NCBI GenBank assembly: GCA_018817715.1
Contig: JAHITT010000006.1
Span: forward strand, 11,147-75,146
From: Patescibacteria group bacterium
GTDB lineage: Bacteria; Patescibacteriota; Patescibacteriia; Veblenbacterales; UBA10138
Direction: 5' to 3'
Length of the DNA: 64,000 nt
Part shown: one piece after another, positions 56,385 to 64,000 of the stretch
Numbering within the stretch: position 1 is the stretch's first letter
Layout: each line of letters starts with the position of its first letter
Notes under the pieces: generated by a model
Told to the model about the DNA's origin: nothing
Seen by the model: only the letters and a program-made list of their open reading frames with translations
Database searches by the model: none
Position numbers and translations under genes: made by a program

Positions 56385-57299
56385 ATGTTTGTTTCTTTTT
56401 ATCGCGCTTTACGCTTTGCCGGCCAAAACTTTTGGCGAAACATTTGGCTGTCGGTAGTTACCGTAACTATTTTAACTTTAAGTATTTTTTCCGTGTCTAT
56501 TTTAGGCGTTATTAACACTTTGTCTAACGTGGCTTTAAATAAGTTGGAAGAAAAAATAGACATTTCGGTTTATTTAAAGCCGGAATTAAAAACCGACGAC
56601 ATTCAATTAGTTAAAACTAATTTAGAAAGCATTCCGGGCGTAAAAAGCGTGGCTATTGTGCCAGCTGAAGAAGCTTTAAAAATTTTTAAAGAAAAATATC
56701 AAAATAATCCTTTAATTGCTGAAGCGCTTTTGGAATTAGGCACCAATCCTTTGGGTTCCAGTTTAACTGTTAAAGCTTTAACCGAAGAAGGTTACACCAC
56801 TATTTTAAACGAACTGGAAGGGGACACTTATGAAAAATATATTCAAGAAACCAGGTTCGAAGATTATCGCACGGTTATTCAATCATTTGCCAAAATAACC
56901 GATCGGGTTAAAAAAGGTGGCCTGGCAGTTAGCTTACTTTTTATAATTATTTCTCTGTTGGTGGTGTTTAATACCATTAGGATGAATATTTACACTCATC
57001 GCGAGGAATTGGGCATTATGCGCTTGGTTGGCGCTACCAGCTGGTTTATACGGGCTCCCTTGCTTATAGAAAGCCTTATTTACGCCTTTTTAGCTACCGC
57101 TGTGACTTCTATACTGTTTTACCCACTTTTAACCGCCCTACAGCCTTATATAAGCTCGTTTTTCAACGGTTACGACTTTAATATCGTACAGTACTTTACC
57201 GAACGTTGGTTTGTCTTCTTTGGCAGCCTATTCCTAGGTTCGGCTGTTTTAAGTATGTTGGCTTCTACAGTGGCTATGCGAAGATACCTTAAGGTATAA
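56385..57299 (+). CDS. ftsX: cell-division permease-like protein FtsX
   Basis: One N-terminal TM, a periplasmic domain, three C-terminal TMs including the MRLVGATSWFIR motif. Follows ftsE. Confidence 0.75.
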   Translation: MFVSFYRALRFAGQNFWRNIWLSVVTVTILTLSIFSVSILGVINTLSNVALNKLEEKIDISVYLKPELKTDDIQLVKTNLESIPGVKSVAIVPAEEALKIFKEKYQNNPLIAEALLELGTNPLGSSLTVKALTEEGYTTILNELEGDTYEKYIQETRFEDYRTVIQSFAKITDRVKKGGLAVSLLFIIISLLVVFNTIRMNIYTHREELGIMRLVGATSWFIRAPLLIESLIYAFLATAVTSILFYPLLTALQPYISSFFNGYDFNIVQYFTERWFVFFGSLFLGSAVLSMLASTVAMRRYLKV

Positions 57300-57413
57300 A
57301 ATTCCAAATCCTAATATCTAAATCCTAAATAAATTACAATACCCTAAATTGGAAATTAAAATATTGGGTATTATTTAGACATTAGGATTTAAGATTTAGA
57401 ATTTATTAAATTT

Positions 57414-57749
57414 ATGTCTACTGATCTCTTATCTAAAAAGTGTGTGCCTTGCGAAGGCGGGGTAGAGCCTTTAACTGAATCCCAAGCTTTAGATTATTTA
57501 AAATTGGTACCGGGTTGGGTTTTGGCTACCAATATTAAGTCTATTAGTCAAGATTTATCTTTTAAAGATTTTAAACAAACTATTGCTTTTATAAATCAAT
57601 TGGCTGAACTTGCCGAAAGCGAAGGACATCATCCGGATTTTACTTTACACAATTGGAACAAACTTAATATCACTTTATCTACCCACGCTATTAATGGTTT
57701 ATCTATCAACGACTTTATTTTAGCCGCCAAAATAAACCAGTTATTATAA
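57414..57749 (+). CDS. pterin-4a-carbinolamine dehydratase (PCD/DCoH)
   Basis: EGHHPDFTLHNWNKLNITLSTHAINGLS matches the PCD [EDKH]-x3-H-[HN]-P signature. 111 aa. Confidence 0.7.
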   Translation: MSTDLLSKKCVPCEGGVEPLTESQALDYLKLVPGWVLATNIKSISQDLSFKDFKQTIAFINQLAELAESEGHHPDFTLHNWNKLNITLSTHAINGLSINDFILAAKINQLL

Positions 57750-57773
57750 CTTGTTATTCTGGACAGTGTTTAT

Positions 57774-57801
57774 CATTCCACCCATTCGCGCGAATTGGGG
57801 G
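57774..57801. repeat. GC-rich palindromic repeat copy 2 (CATTCCACCCATTCGCGCGAATTGGGGG)
   Basis: 27/28 identical to 28473-28500, with one inserted T. It also lies immediately 3' of a plus-strand gene stop. Confidence 0.6.
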
Positions 57802-57915
57802 TGATGTAGTAATTATTCATAATTCTAACTTCTATATTCTATTAGTTGTCTTGACTAGTCTTATTAGTACAATTAAGCTACAGGGCAAATAATTAAAACA
57901 AAAAGAGAGGGTACT

Positions 57916-58424
57916 TTGAAAACTAAAATATCAGTTTTTATAGCTTCCGGCTTGGGTGTGGGTTTTATTCCTTTGGCTCCAGGAACTTTTGGCAGTATTT
58001 TAGCTTTACCAATCTGCCATTACGCTTTGCAAATATCCCAAAACAACTGGTTTTACTATCCTTTAATAATCATTGCTATTTATATACTTGGTTATTTAAG
58101 TATAGAGCCAGCCAGAATTTTCCTAGGCACTAGAAAAATTCTTACGGGGAGGAAGTGGAGTATGACCAAAAAGAGATTATTATAGATGAAATTTTGGGTA
58201 TGCTGGTTGCTTTTGCCCCTTTATTAAAAGTAAAACCGCATAACTATCTTTTGTCAGCTATTATACTGCTTATTCTGTTCCGTATTTTTGATATATTAAA
58301 ACCCTGGGGAATAAACAGAATTGATGCCGGTAAAACACCGCACCATATTTTGCTGGATGATTACGTAGCCGGCTTATATAGCGCCGGTTGCTATATCCTA
58401 ATAAACTTAATGTTTCCAATATAA
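57916..58424 (+). pseudogene. pgpA: phosphatidylglycerophosphatase A (PgpA) split by a frameshift into two ORFs
   Basis: ORF1 (57916-58185) carries the PgpA N-terminal SGLGVGFIPLAPGTFGS motif. ORF2 (58155-58424) carries the C-terminal DEILGM...FRIFDILKPWGI...DDYVAGLYS. Together about 170 aa, the PgpA length. The frames switch near 58150-58185. Confidence 0.55.
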
Positions 58425-58429
58425 CCAAA

Positions 58430-58459
58430 AGCCCCGCTTATATTAAATAAAGCGGGGCT
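58430..58459 (+). terminator. hairpin terminator after pgpA
   Basis: AGCCCCGCTT-(10 nt)-AAGCGGGGCT 10 bp stem. The downstream T-tract is weak (GAATTATTATATA). Confidence 0.4.
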
Positions 58460-58576
58460 GAATTATTATATAGCAATATCTTGACCTTTAAGCTAACAAA
58501 ATCTAGAATAATACAGCCAGTATTAATATTGGGTAGCCAGTTTAATTTACAATTTATAGAGTTTCGTATTTCCAGC

Positions 58577-58647
58577 TGGGGGATCGTCTAATGGTAGGAC
58601 TCAGGCCTTTGAAGCCTGCTATGATGGTTCGAATCCATCTCCCCCAG
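58577..58647 (+). tRNA. tRNA-Gln (anticodon UUG)
   Basis: TGGGGGA acceptor, anticodon arm CAGGC-CTTTGAA-GCCTG, 4 nt variable loop, T-arm GATGG-TTCGAAT-CCATC, 3' acceptor TCCCCCA plus discriminator G. CCA not encoded. A plausible TTGACC/TAGAAT promoter lies about 90 nt upstream. Confidence 0.8.
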
Positions 58648-58696
58648 CTGGAAATAGGAGATATAATACTTAGGACTTCCCGCCTTGGCGGGACTA

Positions 58697-58723
58697 ATGA
58701 TGGTTCGAATCCATCTCCCCCAG
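58697..58723 (+). repeat. exact 27 bp duplicate of the tRNA-Gln 3' end (att-like remnant)
   Basis: ATGATGGTTCGAATCCATCTCCCCCAG is identical to 58621-58647. It is preceded by a degenerate anticodon-arm-like CCCGCCTTGGCGGG. Confidence 0.7.
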
Positions 58724-58754
58724 AGATAAAAAAGTAATGGACTTATCCGTTGCT
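58724..58754 (+). repeat. 31 bp direct repeat copy 1 (AGATAAAAAAGTAATGGACTTATCCGTTGCT)
   Basis: 30/31 identical to 60537-60567. Both copies are immediately preceded by CAG, and the similarity extends weakly for about 30 more bp (GGTATAT box). Confidence 0.65.
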
Positions 58755-58871
58755 TTTTTATCTTTTTATGGTATATGATAGATTCTAAGGGCGCGAGAAA
58801 AAGCGAACAGATGTAGTTTTGATACACACCGCCCAGGTGTCCGATTCGCCAACTGGCGAAGGAGTGAAGGA

Positions 58872-58888
58872 GAATCCATCTCCTCCAG
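58872..58888 (+). repeat. third copy of the tRNA-Gln 3'-end core (16/17 match)
   Basis: GAATCCATCTCCTCCAG versus GAATCCATCTCCCCCAG. Confidence 0.5.
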
Positions 58889-58960
58889 CCAGTCTGGACA
58901 CCGTACCTATGACCAGGACGGGTCTTCAGGTGCTCTTTGAATTATTAAGAGGTCTATAAC

Positions 58961-60418
58961 ATGGCAAAGATTAGTGACATATATCATTTAAATAAAACAC
59001 AGCGCGAGTTGGATTTTGTAAACATAAATATAGACAGAGACTTTCCTGTATATCTAAATCCATTCATTTTTTCCGCGCGTCCTGATCCATTTTCCATTGA
59101 TGCAATTCGAACAATTAGCGGATTTTTTCAATTTAATCTTGAGCTGATTAGGAATGGACAGATTGACCAAGCACGCGCCAACTTCCAACATTTAAATGAA
59201 CCAAACGAGACATGTCTTGGAATGTCTAGAAGGAGTCCTCGAGGGCGTGGTGTCGGAGAAGAAAATGCAGATGATTTATTCGATAGCATCTCCACAAGTA
59301 GAGCAGTGGCGTCAGGGCTAGTTGAGCACCTCGAAGACACGGCAATATTTATTGAGGGCATTGGCAAGGACAAGGTTTCAGATATGACTACCAATATTAT
59401 TCGTGCAAACCTCATTGCGTACACTCAGGCGCAATGCGCATTGCATGGGATTCCTATGACCACCGATGTTCCTTCGGGTTTTTTCTGGGACGCCACTAAC
59501 CGCAGATGGGAGCAAGTACACACAGAAATGTTGGTAGTAAATTATAAGAAAATTTTGCTGGTACCCAAAGCGGTAGTTTCTTATGTAAAGGAATTTAATC
59601 ATGGAAAATATCATCAGCACTACGCTCTTGAATTTCTCCAGGATGACCACTTGAGGAGAAATACGCCACTTGTTCAGACTACCCATAATAAAGACGGTTC
59701 CGTTAGACGTCGTTTCGTGACAAAGAAAGACCTTATTCAGCGCGAGTTAACTTCCAATAAAGAAGAACTAATCGACTTCACTAGGCGTCATCCAGAAGTT
59801 TTTAATAATTTTCGAACCGGTGCAGCATCACAGGTATTTCCAATGAATGATTCGGAGCTTGAATCTATTGATGTTAATCAGCTCATAAATCATCTCATTG
59901 CAAGACTGGGGACGATTAAGAGTGGAGATGCCACAGCATCTGCTTACCACACCCTGATGGTAGGTATTCTCGAATTTATATTCTATCCAAATCTCATTAA
60001 CCCCGTTAAAGAATTAGAGATTAATCAGGGAAGAAAAAGGATAGACATTGCTTTTGATAACGGCGCTCCTTCTGACGGGTTTTTCTACAGACTGCAACAT
60101 GCGTTTAGTATACCTTGTCCATATATCTTTATTGAGTGCAAGAATTACTCAAAAGATATACGTAATCCTGAGCTAGATCAAATGGTCGGTAGATTTTCCC
60201 CAAATAGGGGCAGGTTTGGAATTATTGTCTGTCGAGACATTGACGATGAAGATGTTTTTCTTAAACGATGTGCTGATTCGTATAAGGATCAACACGGATT
60301 GATTATTCCACTCACTGATGCAGACTTGATCAATATCTTGAACCAGAAGAAAGCGGGCATTGAACATCCAGAAGATGAAATTTTGTCACAGAAAGCTAGG
60401 AGAGTAATGAACTCATAA
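58961..60418 (+). CDS. hypothetical protein with C-terminal PD-(D/E)xK nuclease-like motif, compositionally foreign (GC-richer)
   Basis: C-terminal GRKRIDIAFDNG...(about 20 aa)...YIFIECKNYSK matches the D...(D/E)xK restriction-endonuclease-fold pattern. Codon usage is visibly more G/C-rich than in neighbouring genes. Bracketed by the 31 bp direct repeats. Confidence 0.5.
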   Translation: MAKISDIYHLNKTQRELDFVNINIDRDFPVYLNPFIFSARPDPFSIDAIRTISGFFQFNLELIRNGQIDQARANFQHLNEPNETCLGMSRRSPRGRGVGEENADDLFDSISTSRAVASGLVEHLEDTAIFIEGIGKDKVSDMTTNIIRANLIAYTQAQCALHGIPMTTDVPSGFFWDATNRRWEQVHTEMLVVNYKKILLVPKAVVSYVKEFNHGKYHQHYALEFLQDDHLRRNTPLVQTTHNKDGSVRRRFVTKKDLIQRELTSNKEELIDFTRRHPEVFNNFRTGAASQVFPMNDSELESIDVNQLINHLIARLGTIKSGDATASAYHTLMVGILEFIFYPNLINPVKELEINQGRKRIDIAFDNGAPSDGFFYRLQHAFSIPCPYIFIECKNYSKDIRNPELDQMVGRFSPNRGRFGIIVCRDIDDEDVFLKRCADSYKDQHGLIIPLTDADLINILNQKKAGIEHPEDEILSQKARRVMNS

Positions 60419-60536
60419 TAGTGTCGCATTTGTCGCTTTTGGGCTCATTCCGAGGAGCGTCAAAATGATAGAATAAAAGTAGTCAGAAAAGCCTTGTGGG
60501 GCTTGATGGGTAAATTTACGAGACCGAGTCAGTCAG

Positions 60537-60567
60537 AGATAAAAAAGTAATAGACTTATCCGTTGCT
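60537..60567 (+). repeat. 31 bp direct repeat copy 2 (AGATAAAAAAGTAATAGACTTATCCGTTGCT)
   Basis: See copy 1. It lies 47 bp upstream of the ATPase gene start (RBS AAAGAGGT). Confidence 0.65.
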
Positions 60568-60613
60568 CTCTTATTTTTTAAGGTATATTATAAACTAAAG
60601 AGGTAGAAATTAT

Positions 60614-61861
60614 ATGATAAAAGTAAATCCATTTACACCTAACAGTCCTGTACACAAAGATATGTTTGCTGGGCGTAAATCTGAAATTGATGCTATAGAT
60701 AAGGCCTTATTACAAACTGCTCATGGAAACCCGACTCATTTATTACTTCTTGGAGAAAGAGGAATAGGTAAAACTTCATTACTAAACGCTGCTGATTTTT
60801 TTGCTAGAGGTGATGTGCTATGGGAAGCGGAAAGAAAACATAATTTTTTAGTATCTAGAGTTAGTTTGAATGAAAATATAACACTAGTAGACCTAGCTAT
60901 TAGTTTAAAAAACTCTATAGAAAGGGAACTCGACAAAGAATACCCCCAAATAGCACTAATTAAAAAGGCTTGGAACTTTTTAAGTCGTTTTGAGGCGGTT
61001 GGAATTTCTTATAAAAAAGACGAGTCCAATAAAAACAACGCTCAAATTATCCAAGATTTTATATATTCTTTGTCTGATACACTAAAATTAATACAAAATA
61101 AAAGTCTATCTGTAAAAGACAAAAAAGATGGATTAGTGATACTGATAGACGAAGCAGATAAGGCTTCAAAAGAACTATTTATAGGATCTTTTTTAAAAAA
61201 TTTAACAGAAACACTAGTTAGGGAAAGTAATAATAATATACTTTTTATTGTAAGTGGTTTACCAAACACAAGAAATATACTATCTGACAGCCATGAATCT
61301 TCTTTACGCTTATTTCAGGAATTTGATCTTGGTCCACTTTCTTCAGAAGAAACATCTCAAGTTATTAATAACGGCTTAAAAGAATCAAAAAAAACATCCA
61401 ATATAGATACCGTTATTAATAAAGACGCCTTAATTAGTATATATGCCTATTCAGAAGGATATCCTCATTTTGTTCAACAAATAGGCTATTCTGTTTTTGA
61501 GGCAGATACAGATAATATTATATCAATAGAAGATGTCAAAAAAGGTGTTTTTATGAACCACGGGGCGTTAGAACTTATAGGAGATAGATATTATGTTAAG
61601 CCTTTTTACAAAGATATAAACGTAGAATCACAAAGAGAAATTTTAACGATAATGGCAGAAAAATGGAATGATTGGATTAAAAAAACAGATATACAAAAAA
61701 ATTTTTCAGGTAAAAAAACAGCTTTAAATAACGGTTTAAGAGCGCTAAAAGAAAAAGGGATAATTATTCCAAGAGAAGGTTATAATGGGCAGTACAGGCT
61801 ACAATGGGCAAGCTTTGCTTTTTGGATAAAAAACCATAAAAAAACAGAGAGAAGAAATTAA
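60614..61861 (+). CDS. AAA+/STAND-like P-loop ATPase (Arch_ATPase/AAA_16-like) with C-terminal winged-helix-like tail
   Basis: FAGRKSEIDAIDKAL...LLLLGERGIGKTSLL (Walker A), hhhhDE Walker B VILIDEADK, and the C-terminal ...NNGLRALKEKGIIIPREGYNGQYRL. Very AT-rich codon usage. Confidence 0.6.
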   Translation: MIKVNPFTPNSPVHKDMFAGRKSEIDAIDKALLQTAHGNPTHLLLLGERGIGKTSLLNAADFFARGDVLWEAERKHNFLVSRVSLNENITLVDLAISLKNSIERELDKEYPQIALIKKAWNFLSRFEAVGISYKKDESNKNNAQIIQDFIYSLSDTLKLIQNKSLSVKDKKDGLVILIDEADKASKELFIGSFLKNLTETLVRESNNNILFIVSGLPNTRNILSDSHESSLRLFQEFDLGPLSSEETSQVINNGLKESKKTSNIDTVINKDALISIYAYSEGYPHFVQQIGYSVFEADTDNIISIEDVKKGVFMNHGALELIGDRYYVKPFYKDINVESQREILTIMAEKWNDWIKKTDIQKNFSGKKTALNNGLRALKEKGIIIPREGYNGQYRLQWASFAFWIKNHKKTERRN

Positions 61862-61878
61862 TATAAAAAATAATTTTT

Positions 61879-62271
61879 ATGAAAACAATATTAGTAGACG
61901 CTGTAGATGCGTTTGTGGTAGAGGAGCGGGGGAGTTTTAAGGTTTTTCAAGATATGCATAATCTTTTGGAAACCTATCCCAATCCCAAAATCATTCTAAC
62001 TGGCGCCAATGATGAACAATATTTAAAATTCGGCCTGGATAAAATGCCTTATCCGGTTTTTACCTTAAAGCACAATCCCGAGAAAACCGACCCCAAATAC
62101 TTTGAAACTTTACTGCAAAGGTTTAATCTTAATAAAGACGAAGTTGTTTATTTTGAGCATAACCCCCAGGCGGTTAAAAGCGCTGAATCTGTTGGTCTAA
62201 AATCCTACTTTTACGACAGTGCCAAACAAGACCTTGTAGCGCTTAAGGAGTTTTTGGATAATAATATTTAA
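61879..62271 (+). CDS. hypothetical protein (possibly degenerate HAD-like)
   Basis: 130 aa. ILVDAVDAF N-terminus and C-terminal VYFEHNPQAVKSAESVGLKSYF loosely resemble HAD motifs I and IV. Weak. Confidence 0.3.
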   Translation: MKTILVDAVDAFVVEERGSFKVFQDMHNLLETYPNPKIILTGANDEQYLKFGLDKMPYPVFTLKHNPEKTDPKYFETLLQRFNLNKDEVVYFEHNPQAVKSAESVGLKSYFYDSAKQDLVALKEFLDNNI

Positions 62272-62275
62272 TTAG

Positions 62276-63049
62276 ATGAAACTAATTACCTTAAACACTT
62301 GGGGTGGGATTGTTTTTCAGCCTTTAATGGATTTTATTAAAAAACACTCGGTTAATACCGATATTTTTTGTTTTCAGGAAATGTTGTTTGGCCCTAAGCC
62401 CCAATTTACACCAGTAAACAAAGCTAGGGAAAATCTGTTTACAGAAATATCAGCCATTTTGCCCGATTTTGTTGCTTATAAACATATACCAGCCTCGGAT
62501 CATTTTGCTGGTGAAATAGTTAATTTTGGCACTGGCCAAGCTATTTTTGTTAAAAATACAATTAAAGTAATTAATAATGGGGCTTTTAAATGCTATGATA
62601 AAATGTTTTCTGAAATCGAAACACTGCAAAGGGATAGTGGTCGGGTTACAGGCAATGTTCAGCATATTGATTTGGAAATAGGTAATCAAATTTTTTCTAT
62701 TTTAAATTTTCATGGTCTATGGCAAAAGAATACGCATAAAGCCGATACAGCAGAAAGATTAAGGCAATCCGAAATAATAAAAACTTTTCTAAATAGTAAA
62801 AATAATAAAAAAATTCTCTGTGGGGATTTTAATTTAAAAGCCGACGGACAAAGTATAAAAATTTTAGAACAAGGCTTGGTTAATTTAGTAAAAAAGTATA
62901 ATGTCTTATCTACTCGCAGTAAATTTTATACTAAAGAAGAAAAAATGGCTGATTATATAATTGTTTCACCAGATATAGAGGTAAACAAATTTAAGGTTTT
63001 TTCCGACGACATTTCCGACCATTTACCTTTGTTAGTGGAATTTAAATAA
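62276..63049 (+). CDS. endonuclease/exonuclease/phosphatase (EEP) family protein
   Basis: LITLNTWGG, CFQE, ILCGDFNL and the C-terminal SDHLPLLVEF, the EEP catalytic motif set. Confidence 0.7.
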   Translation: MKLITLNTWGGIVFQPLMDFIKKHSVNTDIFCFQEMLFGPKPQFTPVNKARENLFTEISAILPDFVAYKHIPASDHFAGEIVNFGTGQAIFVKNTIKVINNGAFKCYDKMFSEIETLQRDSGRVTGNVQHIDLEIGNQIFSILNFHGLWQKNTHKADTAERLRQSEIIKTFLNSKNNKKILCGDFNLKADGQSIKILEQGLVNLVKKYNVLSTRSKFYTKEEKMADYIIVSPDIEVNKFKVFSDDISDHLPLLVEFK

Positions 63050-63054
63050 TAATT

Positions 63055-63537
63055 ATGAGTAATAATATTTATTTAAAAAAGATTTTAAAATTATATTATT
63101 TTTTTAAAAATCCTCTCTATAAGGTTTATTGTTTTATTTTTCGACCAAAATCCTTAGGAGTAAAAATAATAGTCGAAAACAATGGTAAACTATTAATGAC
63201 TAAATTAGGTTATGCCCATAAAAAATGGGTTTTTCCTGGTGGCGCGGTTAATAAAAAAGAAAATGCCGAACAAACAGCTGTTAGAGAATTAGAAGAGGAA
63301 ACCGGAATTAAAACCAATAAACTAATCGAAATAGGCGAATACACATCCGAAAGAAATTATAAGAAAAATATTGTAAAATGTTTTTATTTGCTTGCGGATT
63401 CTTCTTTTGTAAAAATAGACAATTTTGAGGTTATAGATTCAGGTTGGTATAACCCCCAAGAACTTCCCAAAGACTGCTCTGTATCTATTCCACAAATAAT
63501 AAAAATATATCAACAATATAAACTTAAGCAAAATTAA
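63055..63537 (+). CDS. Nudix hydrolase
   Basis: Nudix box GGAVNKKENAEQTAVRELEEETGI. Confidence 0.75.
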   Translation: MSNNIYLKKILKLYYFFKNPLYKVYCFIFRPKSLGVKIIVENNGKLLMTKLGYAHKKWVFPGGAVNKKENAEQTAVRELEEETGIKTNKLIEIGEYTSERNYKKNIVKCFYLLADSSFVKIDNFEVIDSGWYNPQELPKDCSVSIPQIIKIYQQYKLKQN

Positions 63538-63539
63538 TT

Positions 63540-64000
63540 ATGCTGGAATTTGGTATAAAACGGGAAAACGAAGAACGGCGGGACGGTGGTTGTGGTGTGG
63601 TGTTTAATCCAGCCAGCCAAAAATACGCCGTAGGGCAAGATTATGACGGCGGATTATTTAGGCTTTTTTCCGGCGGTGTTAGCGAGGGTGAAGGTATTGA
63701 GCAGGGTATTTTAAGAGAAGTTACCGAGGAAAGCGGCCTACATGATTTTTTATACATAGAAAAAATTTCCCAAGCCTTGGTGCGTTATCGTAACAGTCTT
63801 AAACAAGTAAACCGAGTCGGCTTGGCTACTTGTTTTTTAGTTGTTTTAAAATCAGCTGATTTATTAGACACTAAATTAGAAGAGCACGAAAAATTTAGTT
63901 TAACTTGGGCAACCGCCAATGAAATTATAAAAAACTGGGAACAAAGGAACCAAAATAAAGATTATGACCACTGGATTTATTTTTTAAAAAAGGCTGTAAA
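63540..64000 (+). CDS. Nudix hydrolase (3' end truncated by the window edge)
   Basis: Nudix box SGGVSEGEGIEQGILREVTEESGL. The ORF runs off the end of the window. Confidence 0.65.
   Translation, partial: MLEFGIKRENEERRDGGCGVVFNPASQKYAVGQDYDGGLFRLFSGGVSEGEGIEQGILREVTEESGLHDFLYIEKISQALVRYRNSLKQVNRVGLATCFLVVLKSADLLDTKLEEHEKFSLTWATANEIIKNWEQRNQNKDYDHWIYFLKKAV

Noticed and set aside
1-64000. Search for CRISPR arrays, rRNA genes, transposase/IS elements or integrase genes
   Set aside because: No regularly spaced direct repeats with unique spacers were seen. There are no rRNA-like conserved blocks and no ORF with DDE transposase or tyrosine/serine recombinase motifs in the window. The only mobile-element evidence is the att-like repeat scar at tRNA-Gln.

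Overview
This 64 kb window is AT-rich, uses the standard code (TGA is a stop, e.g. at 1366-1368), and has tightly packed, mostly plus-strand genes. It is compatible with a small-genome bacterium, possibly CPR/Patescibacteria-like (weak inference). The content is as follows.

- **1-13 kb: a cell-envelope glycan cluster.** It holds six glycosyltransferases (GT1/GT2) and two Wzy_C/O-antigen-ligase-like membrane proteins flanking mreB, followed by holB, a BNR-repeat secreted protein, frr and rseP.
- **13.0-25.6 kb: the most unusual feature.** Eight near-contiguous tandem paralogs (about 400-520 aa each) share a C-terminal PEP-utilizing-enzyme swivelling phospho-histidine domain, with a divergent all-alpha N-terminal domain. 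A HAD-like hydrolase interrupts the array. A histidine phosphatase and a stand-alone 315 aa PPDK_N/PEP-synthase ATP-grasp domain protein (27514-28461) lie close by. Together these look like a split, multiplied rifampin-phosphotransferase/PEP-synthase-like dikinase system.
- **28.5-34 kb:** an Rrf2-regulated suf operon with an embedded Fe/Mn superoxide dismutase.
- **34.4-39 kb:** a nucleotide-salvage-like cluster of a PfkB kinase, an APH-like kinase, two PRTases and two LOG-family genes, one of which carries an in-frame TAA at codon 8.
- **39.3-41.5 kb:** recJ and rnhA, plus an RNase P RNA on the minus strand (41542-41936) that the ORF track cannot show.
- **42-51 kb:** a second glycan block (wbaP-like, three GT1s, an 851 aa membrane protein) and murJ behind a strong promoter and a long leader.
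- **51-58.4 kb:** lepA, a Nudix hydrolase, an ftsB-like gene, tRNA-Thr/tRNA-Gly, ftsEX, a pterin dehydratase and a frameshifted pgpA.
- **58.5-61.9 kb:** tRNA-Gln followed by triplicated copies of its own 3' end and a 31 bp direct repeat bracketing a GC-richer single-gene insertion (PD-(D/E)xK-motif protein). This is followed by an AAA+/STAND-like ATPase. I read it as a decayed integration hotspot or defence islet. Downstream of it (61.9-64.0 kb) lie a HAD-like protein, an EEP-family protein and two Nudix hydrolases.

No CRISPR array, rRNA or transposase was seen.
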